From Ascoidea asiatica JCM 7603 (taxonomy: Eukaryota; Fungi; Ascomycota): a stretch of DNA of 64,000 bases. Shown here one piece after another: positions 11,926 through 21,272 of the stretch. Under the pieces are notes generated by a model. That model saw only the letters and a program-made list of their open reading frames with translations. It was not told where the DNA came from and made no database searches. Made by a program: the position numbers and the translations under genes. Positions within the stretch are counted from its first letter, which is position 1. Each line of letters begins with the position of its first letter. The DNA lies in NCBI GenBank assembly GCA_001600695.1, contig BCKQ01000001.1, positions 2,611,521 to 2,675,520 of the forward strand. Reading direction: 5' to 3'.

Positions 11926-13041
11926 TTATTTAGCATCATTTTCACGTTTAAATTCAGTAACCATATCAACTTCAGGAATTTTACCACAAATTGTTTCAAC
12001 CATAATACCAGTAACTAAATATGGATCAATATTTGAAGCAGGTCTACGATCTTCGAAATAACCATAACCAGCAGAAGCAACAGGTCTTGGAATACGAATT
12101 GAAGAACCTCTATTTGCAACACCAGAAGAAAATTTAGTCATTGAAGCAGTTTCATGTTTACCAGTTAATCTTTGATCATTATCAGTTCCATAAAGTAAAA
12201 TATGATCAGCATGTCTTTTTGATAATTTTTCAATAGCTTCATCAATAAATTTCATTCCACCTGGTTTTCTCATATCAATTGTTGAAACATTTGTATGACA
12301 ACCAGCACCATTCCAATCACCTTTTAATGGTTTTGGATGTAAAGAAATTTTAACACCAAAATCTTCAGCAACTCTTTCTAATAAATAACGAGCCATCCAT
12401 AATTCATCACCCATATTTATACCTTCAGAAGGACCAACTTGAAATTCCCATTGAGAAGGCATAACTTCAGCATTAATACCAGAAATATTAATACCAGCAT
12501 AAAGACAAGCTTTATAATGAGCTTCAATAACATCTCTTGCAATTACTTTACCACAACCAACACCACAATAATAAGGACCTTGAGGAGCAGGAAATCCACC
12601 AGTTGGCCAACCATAAACTTGATCAAATTGATCAAATAAAGTATATTCTTGTTCTAAACCAAACCAAATTTTTTCATTTAAATATTTATTCATTAATTTA
12701 TTTGCAGCAAATCTATGATTAAATTTATTTGGAGTACCATCTGGATTCCAACAATCTGCTAAAACTAAAATATTATTATCTTTTCTAAAAGGATCTGGAA
12801 ATATAGCAACAGGTCTTAATAAAACATCAGAATCATAACCAGGAGCTTGATTTGTTGAAGAACCATCAAAATTCCATTCAGATAAATCATTTGGACCATT
12901 TGGTATTTTATCTAAAGTTTTTGCTTTACTTCTTAAAGAACCAGTACCATCAATCCATATATATTCAGCAATAATTTTACCCTTTTGAGGTAAATCTAAA
13001 TATTTTTGTAAAACAGTAGCTTGTTGAACAACTTTTGACAT
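11926..13041 (-). CDS. GLN1: Glutamine synthetase (type II)
   Basis: [32 protein letters not shown] and [15 protein letters not shown]. First ATG at 13041. Confidence 0.98.
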   Translation of the reverse strand: MSKVVQQATVLQKYLDLPQKGKIIAEYIWIDGTGSLRSKAKTLDKIPNGPNDLSEWNFDGSSTNQAPGYDSDVLLRPVAIFPDPFRKDNNILVLADCWNPDGTPNKFNHRFAANKLMNKYLNEKIWFGLEQEYTLFDQFDQVYGWPTGGFPAPQGPYYCGVGCGKVIARDVIEAHYKACLYAGINISGINAEVMPSQWEFQVGPSEGINMGDELWMARYLLERVAEDFGVKISLHPKPLKGDWNGAGCHTNVSTIDMRKPGGMKFIDEAIEKLSKRHADHILLYGTDNDQRLTGKHETASMTKFSSGVANRGSSIRIPRPVASAGYGYFEDRRPASNIDPYLVTGIMVETICGKIPEVDMVTEFKRENDAK

Positions 13042-13319
13042 TTTTCTTTTATTTATTGATGTATTAATATTATAGGTGATAAGTAACAAGAGATATTATA
13101 ATGTATATTATTATTATTATTATAAGGATATATATATATAATAATAAGAAATACAAGGAAAAGAAAGTAAAAAAAGAGAGAATTAATAGGTTTTAATATA
13201 TATTTATATATTTATGTATATAAATAGTAAGTAAATTAGCAGTAAAACAGGTAAAATTGTAAGTTCAGGATATTGTGTTGCAATTGAGTAAGTGGTAACT
13301 TCGTAATTTCTTCTTCTGG

Positions 13320-14280
13320 CTCTCTTTCAGAAGCTGAAATTCAGATTAGAACCTGATTTAGTACGGGGATTGGCAAACCAGAAACAATTGAGACTGAATG
13401 GGAAGATGAAAAAGAGCAGAGACAGATGAGAATCCATCCTTCGAGAGACCGCAGGAGGCAGCAGGGGCTTGCCACCCGCACACGCACACGCACACGCCAC
13501 CCCTGGGCCAGCGAGACGTTGGTTTAGGCAGCCGTAAACGACAGCGGGTCCAGACACAGCCAATCGGCAGCCACGCCGATGAGTCTTACTCTTCCAAGAC
13601 ATCGACCTCCACTTTCTCGGTACACCTCCACCAACACCGCGGGTTCCTATTATAATTTTATCGGGAAGCGGTGAGCCACCTTAGGAGGCCGCTGCTTGCC
13701 GAGGCATCCCTCCAGAAGTGAACCGACCCGACCTCCTTTCCTCTTTCCCTGTTCTGGGATACACTCGCGGGACCAATTCACAGGTCTGGGCTGCAGCTGA
13801 TAAGGAAACAGCCTCTCGTTGGCCAATTACAGGCGACGGATAATAAGCACTGCTCGGCTGCACGCGCGGCAGGAGCTGGGGGCTGGGCATGCTCCGGCTG
13901 CAGCTCCTGTTGCAAATGCTCGCGACAGGACTGGTTGACCAGTCGTTTACCGCTGGAGACCTCTCAACATTGTGGCTAGCACCCACCCAGCCTTAATGCA
14001 TCAGCCTTACTGTGATGAATGCAGACACTTCACGCGGGGTTCTTCCACACCAGAAAACCAGTCTTTTCTGTGCTACCAGTGCATCTACAGCAACAACCAG
14101 AATGCCCTCACGTGCGCTCGTCCTGTTCTCTTTCCTTCTCAAACAATCTCTCCTCGGTCACGTTTCCTGTTTTCTATTTCCTATTTCCAATTTCCAATTT
14201 CCAAGAATCTTCCAACTTTTTGTAATGTTTTTTTTTTGTTCTTGAAATTGATTTTTATTTTATGTTTGCTTCACGTGACT
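13320..14280. promoter_or_regulatory. GC-rich divergent promoter of GLN1 / CSN12-like
   Basis: A sharp GC-rich island. It has a Gcn4-like TGAGTC (13580-13585), GATAAG (13799-13804), several CCAAT, and TCACGTG at 14108 and 14271. Gcn4/GATA control of GLN1 is known in S. cerevisiae. Confidence 0.55.
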
Positions 14281-14503
14281 GTGCTTTTTGTATTATTTAT
14301 TCCAGAATTGGAAAAGTTAACTGTTAACGTTGAATATTTATTCATAGATCTAAGGATATTAACATTAATAGAGATAATGATAATGATAATGATAATTATA
14401 ATTATAATAAATATAATAATCAAGACAATGATTAACAAATACATTATTCAGAATAGATAATCAATCCATATTCAATCATTTATAATAATAATAATAGTAT
14501 TCT

Positions 14504-15955
14504 ATGACTTATATTAATCAATCTGCAATTGATCTTATTAATAAAATTGGTCTTGCAACTCTTAATCAAGATGGTGATTATTTAAAATCAATTTTTTCAT
14601 TATGTTCAAAAAAAAATGAATTAAATTTTATTGAAGCAATACCTGAAAAAATTATACAAAGTTATCATCCATCTTGGAGGAATGTAATAAAATCTTATCA
14701 TGATCTTAAAAAAGTTTCAAATTCAATTTGTTTCTTACAATGTAATATTTTAAATAATTTTTTAATATCTTTAAATAAATGTGCTGAAAGAGAATCTTCA
14801 TGGATTTTATCTCCTTTATTACAAACAATTAATGAATTACTTTATGTAACTATATTCACTGAAAATTATAATCAATCAATTAATCAAAATATAAATATAA
14901 ATATAAATACATCATCTACTACTAATACAAATTCAATCACTTCCACATCTAATAACAATAACAATAACAATAACAATAACAATAACAATAACAATTCATA
15001 TAATTTTGGTTACTTTTATCAACAAACTTCAAGAACAATTAATAAATCTTTATTAATTTGTTTAAATGATAAAGAAAAAAATCCTTTAACTTCTAAATTT
15101 AATGGTTCTTATTTAATTTCTTCAATTTTATTTCAAATTTATTTTAAATTATCAAAATTTCAATTAGCAAAATCTTTACAAAATATTTTAATAAATAAAA
15201 ATATTAATATTTTTAAAGATTTAAATTATATTAAAAAATCTCATTCTATAAAATATCTTTATTTTTTATCAATTTTAAATATTAATGATTCAAATTTTAA
15301 AAATGTTGAAAAAAATTTATCAATTGCTTTAAATCTTTGTAAAAAAAAAAATTATATTCAACAACAAAATATTTTATTAATTTTATTACCAATAAAATTT
15401 TTAACAAAAAAAATTTTACCAAATTGGAATAATTTTTTAATAAAAAATTTTCCATTATTATTTAAATTTTATAAAAATTTATTTAATTCAATTCAAAATG
15501 GTAATTTAAGATCTTTTGATACTTATTTTTATAAAATTAGTAAAATTTTATTAAAAAAAAATTTATACCTTTTATTTGAAAAAATTAGAAATTTAGTTTT
15601 TTTAAAATTATTTAAAAAAACTTTTAATATTATAAAAAATAATAATTTAATTAAAAATAATTTTCAAATTCCAATAATTTTTTTCACAAAATCTTTAGAA
15701 TTTTCTCAATTTCATTCAAGTAATTTAAATTATTTAAAAGAAAGAGAAGAAAAAAGATTTAAAAAATTAATTAAAACAAATTCTAATAATAATAATTATG
15801 GTTTTCATTTTACTGATGATGAATTAAATTCAACTGAATGTTATCTTGGTTCTGCAATTATTAATGGTTATATTAAAGGTTATATATCTCATACAAATAG
15901 AATTATTGTTTTAAGTAAAAAAGATCCATTTCCAAAATTAGTTATTAAAGATTAG
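14504..15955 (+). CDS. CSN12: PCI-domain protein, Csn12/PCID2 family
   Basis: AERESSWILSPL, CLNDKE...SK, and a C-terminal GYIKGYISH...VLSKKDPFP PCI end. Confidence 0.7.
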   Translation: MTYINQSAIDLINKIGLATLNQDGDYLKSIFSLCSKKNELNFIEAIPEKIIQSYHPSWRNVIKSYHDLKKVSNSICFLQCNILNNFLISLNKCAERESSWILSPLLQTINELLYVTIFTENYNQSINQNINININTSSTTNTNSITSTSNNNNNNNNNNNNNNNSYNFGYFYQQTSRTINKSLLICLNDKEKNPLTSKFNGSYLISSILFQIYFKLSKFQLAKSLQNILINKNINIFKDLNYIKKSHSIKYLYFLSILNINDSNFKNVEKNLSIALNLCKKKNYIQQQNILLILLPIKFLTKKILPNWNNFLIKNFPLLFKFYKNLFNSIQNGNLRSFDTYFYKISKILLKKNLYLLFEKIRNLVFLKLFKKTFNIIKNNNLIKNNFQIPIIFFTKSLEFSQFHSSNLNYLKEREEKRFKKLIKTNSNNNNYGFHFTDDELNSTECYLGSAIINGYIKGYISHTNRIIVLSKKDPFPKLVIKD

Positions 15956-16289
15956 TTATTATTAAATATTTATATTATTAATTTTATTAATTAGATTAAT
16001 TAGATTAATTAGATTAGATTAGTTGCTGTGTTATATGACGACAATAAGTTAAAAAGAGTAGAAACAAAAATTTTAAAAAATATGAAAAAGAAAACAAAAA
16101 AAAAAGTTAAAAAAAGTTTAAATTAATTAGATTAAGTTTAATATTAAAAATAAAAGTAAGATTAAATCTATCATTAAGTTTGAGATTGAGACTTAGAGAG
16201 AGATTGTGATTGTGATTATGATTGTGATTGAAATTACGATTAAGTAGATTAAGCAATTAAAGTAGTTAAATAGTTAGATAAATAATCAA

Positions 16290-16291
<2 letters not shown>

Positions 16292-16321
<30 letters not shown>

Positions 16322-16332
16322 ATGAATAAATA
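16292..16332. repeat. (TAAA)n microsatellite
   Basis: Read directly from the sequence. Similar tracts lie near 20848-20890 and 30033-30060. Confidence 0.85.
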
Positions 16333-16486
16333 AGTAATAATAAAGTAATTTTATTGAGAAGTAATTGAAAAAGTTGTAAACTTGAATTGATTTTAAAAAA
16401 GTATTTTTTTTATAAGAATTTGATTAAAAAATTGAAATTGATGATGATTAGTAGTAAATAGGTTATAGGATATAAAATATAAATAA

Positions 16487-17158
16487 TTAATATTGAGAAA
16501 TGTATGGAATTGAAACTCTTAATCTATGAGTAAAAGGTAATTTTGGTACAATACCAATTAAACATAATATACTATTAAAAGTAAAATAATTTAAATTATA
16601 ATTTGAATAATGAGTACTAATTAAAAATAAAGCAAAAGGAACAGAAAATAAGAATTTTTTTGCAGGAGTATATTGATCACCATGATCAATTTGTTCCCAC
16701 ATTGTTAATTTATCATAAGCACCAGAATTAAATTCAAAAGGAGTACCTTTAAAAGTATGAAACATTATATAAGAACCAATGATATAAAAAGTATTTGTTA
16801 AAGTCCAAGATAATTCTTTTGAAATATTTGGTATAAAATCAAAAAAAATTTTTAAAAATATAATTATAACAATATGAATACACCAAGCACCTTTACCATG
16901 AACCCAATTTGCATTTAAATTTGGTAAAGAAGATTGATCATTAATTTCATCATCAGAATCAGATTCAACATAAGAAATAATTGATGAAGATCTTTCTCTT
17001 TTTTTTAAATTTTGAATTGAAGATTTTAATGATAATGATGAATTTTTATTTATATTTATATTTATATTTGAATTTGGATTTAAATTTTGATTTAAATTTT
17101 GATTTAAATTATCATTTTTATTTGAACTTGAATTTGAATTTGGATCTAATGTTGACAT
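16487..17158 (-). CDS. ORM1: ORMDL-family sphingolipid homeostasis protein
   Basis: RERSSSIISYVE regulatory site, NLNANWVHGKGAW, KGTPFEFNSGAYDKLTMWEQID and VPKLPFTHRLR. Confidence 0.95.
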   Translation of the reverse strand: MSTLDPNSNSSSNKNDNLNQNLNQNLNPNSNINININKNSSLSLKSSIQNLKKRERSSSIISYVESDSDDEINDQSSLPNLNANWVHGKGAWCIHIVIIIFLKIFFDFIPNISKELSWTLTNTFYIIGSYIMFHTFKGTPFEFNSGAYDKLTMWEQIDHGDQYTPAKKFLFSVPFALFLISTHYSNYNLNYFTFNSILCLIGIVPKLPFTHRLRVSIPYISQY

Positions 17159-17255
17159 TTTTAATTATTTTAAAAGTTTTATTTGATATAATGATAGATT
17201 TAAAAAAAGTTAATGTTATTATTGAATAGGATTTCTCCAAAATGATATGATTATT

Positions 17256-17305
17256 TAGAAATCAGAAATCAGAAATTAGAAATTAGAAATTAGAAACTAG
17301 AAATA
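17256..17305. repeat. Heptamer tandem repeat (AGAAATY)n upstream of ORM1
   Basis: agaaatc agaaatc agaaatt agaaatt agaaatt agaaact agaaat. Confidence 0.8.
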
Positions 17306-17916
17306 GGAATTTGAAAATACGAAATACGAAATAAAAAAATAGGAAATAGGATATTGGAAGAAGGAAACTGAATATAGGTTTATTACCAGTTGATAAATTC
17401 AATTAGACAGAATTAAATAATGAATTTGAAGTAGTTTTTGCTGTTGAAATATATGATTTGATGTTTTTGATAGTCTTTGATTAATATAGATTATTTCATG
17501 AATCAATAATTATAGTGATATATTATCATATTATTGATTAATATATTGCAGTACAGTAGTTAACTACAGTAGGTATATTCAGTTCTCTCTGTCAAAACCG
17601 GTGGTAAGAGTAGTAAAAGTAAGAGTAGTAAAAGTAAGAGCAGAGCAGTATTGAGAGTGTGTTGTGTGTTCTGTTATTGTTGTTGTTGTTATTCTTCTTC
17701 CTTGCGACTTTTGTTTTTCTGTCTTTGAGTGATTAAACTGACGCCGCGATTATGTAATACGACTGTGCGTGGTTAGGTAAGCACAAGTGTCTCCTCGGGT
17801 TCTCGGTTCGAGGTGCCGGAACAAATAACCGCACTTGCCGTCTCTACTCCAGTACTACTCTTCTTCTTCACTCTTGTATATTCATTTATTGATTACTTCA
17901 TTTATTAACTACTTTA

Positions 17917-19011
17917 TTAGGAAAAAATATCTTTGATATTGGAAAAAATAGCAGAAGAGAATTCTTCTGGTGGAGAACCTTCAGACTGCATTTGTTCCAT
18001 TTTGTTATTAATAAATATTCTATTTTCTTTATTTTCATCTGAATAATTTGGTGATTCAAATTTTTCTAGAATTTCAAGAATTATTTTATATTGTCTTTTA
18101 TATCTTTCTAAATCTTCTTTTGTAACTTTAGGATATTTCAATTTATTCAATTCATATGATTCAATCCATTTTGGATATTTTAAACTTAAATCTTTTATAG
18201 GTTCATATATTATTTCTTTTGAAGAAAGTTGAGCAACCATATCTTCTAAAAATGAATTCATTTCAGGACTTTCTTCTTCTTCTTCATAATCAACATTATT
18301 ATTTTCTCCTTTTTCCTTATTACCTTCTTTTTTCTTACTATTTTGATTATTATTAGATAATTCATTCATCAATTGTAATAAAATTTCATTCATTTGATTT
18401 TCTTCTGATTGATTTATTTCATTTTCACGTTCTTCTTTTATTTCTTTATCTATTTTTTTACCATTTTCTTTTATTCTTGACATCGTAGAATTTAATATAC
18501 TTTTAAGATCATTTTCTTTTTTATTATCTATTTCTTTATTATCTACTGCTTTATTTACTTCTTTCTTTTTTTCTTCATTATCATCATCATCATCATCATC
18601 ATTCTCATTTTCATTATCATCTTCTTCAGTTTTTAAAACTTCAGAAAATTGAGCTAATAATGATGAAAATTGAGATTTTAATTCAGAATTAGATTCAATT
18701 CCTTGAAATAATTCATTGAAATTATCTTCAAAATTCATTTCATTACTACTGCCATTTATATCTTCTTTCATATTTTTATCATTGTATTTATTATTGACAG
18801 GTGCTGAAGGAGGTAATGGAGGAGTAAAAGGAGGTGGAGGAGGTGGTGGTGGTGGATTTGAACGTGTAGGTTGAACAGGCTGAGATAATATTTCTTCTGT
18901 AAATTCATCTAATAAATCATCTAAATCATCCAAATCATCTAAATCTTCTATATCATTTTCCTTATTTTCCTTGTTTTCATGATCAATCGTTTTACCTATT
19001 GGTAACGACAT
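17917..19011 (-). CDS. PEX19: Peroxisomal membrane protein import receptor Pex19 (no C-terminal CaaX)
   Basis: N-terminal DDLDDLLDEF Pex3-binding motif; LSSKEIIYEPIKDL, YPKW, ERYKRQY and MQSEGSPPEE. It is divergent from UBC9, as in S. cerevisiae. First ATG at 19011. Confidence 0.88.
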   Translation of the reverse strand: MSLPIGKTIDHENKENKENDIEDLDDLDDLDDLLDEFTEEILSQPVQPTRSNPPPPPPPPPFTPPLPPSAPVNNKYNDKNMKEDINGSSNEMNFEDNFNELFQGIESNSELKSQFSSLLAQFSEVLKTEEDDNENENDDDDDDDNEEKKKEVNKAVDNKEIDNKKENDLKSILNSTMSRIKENGKKIDKEIKEERENEINQSEENQMNEILLQLMNELSNNNQNSKKKEGNKEKGENNNVDYEEEEESPEMNSFLEDMVAQLSSKEIIYEPIKDLSLKYPKWIESYELNKLKYPKVTKEDLERYKRQYKIILEILEKFESPNYSDENKENRIFINNKMEQMQSEGSPPEEFSSAIFSNIKDIFS

Positions 19012-19751
19012 ATTAAATATATTATTCAATTAATCTTTAATCTTTATTCTACAATTATTTAATATATAATCTGTAATCTATATTATGATAATCATATATC
19101 AATGTCTAACGTTATTCATTCATTTCTTTTCCTTTAAAGTTACTGTAAAAGTCAATTGTTAACGGTTACTCGTATAACACTAAACTGAAAATTGTCATCA
19201 CAAAACACAAACACACTACCATTAACACGGTCTCGCGCATTATGCATGCTATTTGTATCTTATTATATATTAAAAAAAAAAAGCATCACGTGGCGACCCT
19301 CCAGCACCGGATATCTCTTTTTTTATCTTTCTGTAACGTGATCCACGCTCTTTCCGACCTACATCTAAGTTTTTATATCCAATTTTGCAACTGGTAACTT
19401 TATATCAATGTTAATTGTCCCATTTCATCTAACTTTACCTGCTATAGAAAATATTATATATAAGTAAATAATAGTAAATAAATAAAATAATAGAAAATAA
19501 TAGAAAATAAAAAATTTATTTAAATTCATTTCCTCTAATTTCCATTGATATAAACTACAATTAACTTCATTTAATATTAAATTGCATTCAATTATAGAAG
19601 CTTGTATCTGCTAATTTCTGGCTTCATCTTAACTATTATTCTCGTATTCGTTATCATTATCATTATCATATTCAATTATCATAATCAATTATCATAATTT
19701 TAGTCATTTTGCACTCTTTTTTTTTTTTTTTCAAAAATATAATTTTCAAAT

Positions 19752-20296
19752 ATGAGTTCTCTTTGCAAGAATCGTCTACAAGAAGAAAGGTAAGTTTCAA
19801 AATTACTTCATTTATTTAAACTTTTTATAACATTTACTAACTAATTTTTTATTTAAAAAGAAAACAATGGCGTAAAGATCATCCTTTTGGATTTTTCGCA
19901 AAACCAAATAAAAATCCTGATGGCTCTTTAGATTTACAAAATTGGACTGCTGGTATTCCAGGTAAACCAAATACCATATGGGCAAGTGCTGTATATCCTT
20001 TAACAATATCTTTTCCTGATGATTATCCTTCAAGACCTCCAAAAGTTAGATTTCCTGGTGGCTTTTATCATCCAAATGTTTATCCAAGTGGTACAATTTG
20101 TTTAAGTATTTTAAATGAATCTCAAGATTGGAGACCTGCAATCACTTTAAAACAAATTTCTTTAGGTGTTCAAGAATTATTAGATAGTCCAAATCCAGAT
20201 TCTCCTGCTCAAGAACCTGCTTGGAGAGCTTTTGGTAAAGATAGACCAACTTATGAAAAAAAAGTTAAAGAACAAGCTTTAAAATATGCAAAATAA
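19752..20296 (+). CDS. UBC9: SUMO-conjugating E2 enzyme Ubc9, spliced: exons 19752-19789 and 19861-20296, 157 aa
   Basis: The spliced product reads [13 protein letters not shown]|[15 protein letters not shown]...[17 protein letters not shown]. It is absent from the ORF track. Confidence 0.96.
19790..19860 (+). other. Spliceosomal intron of UBC9 (71 nt)
   Basis: GTAAGT donor, TACTAAC branch point at 19835-19841, AAG acceptor. Splicing restores the frame. Confidence 0.93.
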
Positions 20297-21272
20297 TTTA
20301 ATCGTTTATTTTCATCTTCAATTTTCAATCTTCAATCTTCAATCTACAGTTCACAATCTACAATTTACAATCTATCATTCTCATTTCATAAATAACAAAT
20401 ATCTAAAAATAAAAAAATAATCAAAAAGAATTAGAACTTAAACTCATAAATCCAATGTTATTAAATTCATCACTAATTCAAGATATATATTATATATGTA
20501 TATATATAGATATGTATGTATGTATGTATACGTTTATCTATTTATTTTTTTATATCTACATTTGCTTTGATTTATCTTAAGTTTATATCTTTTTATTTCC
20601 TTTTTCCAATTCTTTTTTTTTTATTATTCTTATTACTATTATTTATTATTGCTTTAATCTTCATTTTTTTATATTTATATTTATATTTATATTTACTTTT
20701 ATTTTGAAATAGTGATTCTATCAAAGTTTATTATATTCTATTTTAAATCTAATTTCAATTTCTTAAAATTTTCTCTGTATATTTATTTTAATTTTTTGCA
20801 TCTTAGTTTTAATTTTTTCTTTTTTTCTACATTAAATTAATAAATGATAAATAAATAAATAAATAAATAAAATAATAAATAAATAATAAGAAAGAAGAAG
20901 AAATTTTAGAATGATATTATAATAATTAAAGATTCATCTCTGTAGTTTTGAATCAATTCAATTCAGTTTTGCCATAGTCTGGTCACCCACCAACCTGCTC
21001 AATATTCTCATTGATATTCTCAATAATAATATTTTGTATTATAAAGTTACTGCAGTAAAGTTTTACCGTACTTTTGACCTGGCATTCTTCAATAAAGCTT
21101 TATTTTAACTACCGCTTTGAATAAAATCAACAATAATCAACAATAATCTATAAAATATACACAAGAGATAATCATAAGATTTCTATGAAACGTTGATCTA
21201 AAACTTTTTTGAATATTGTATTATTCTTTTTTAAGTTACTCATCTTTCAATTTGCTTTATTTCAAATATCAA

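Noticed and set aside
13327-14460. Several 60-160 aa ORFs in the GLN1/CSN12 island (likewise 27416-27759, 37637-38340, 55072-56090)
   Set aside because: They overlap on both strands, often start at non-ATG codons, have codon usage unlike the real genes and show no domains. This is expected where stops are scarce in GC-rich DNA.
17760-17850. tRNA-like GC-rich stretch with GGTTCGA and small hairpins
   Set aside because: The B-box is incomplete (GGTTCGAGGTG), and I could not build a cloverleaf or acceptor stem on either strand. Treated as part of the ORM1 promoter island.
20516-20707. Hydrophobic F/L/Y/I-rich short ORFs (also 27868, 41854, 44568, 50559, 59849)
   Set aside because: They are translations of T-rich UTR or microsatellite sequence, not credible membrane microproteins without expression data.
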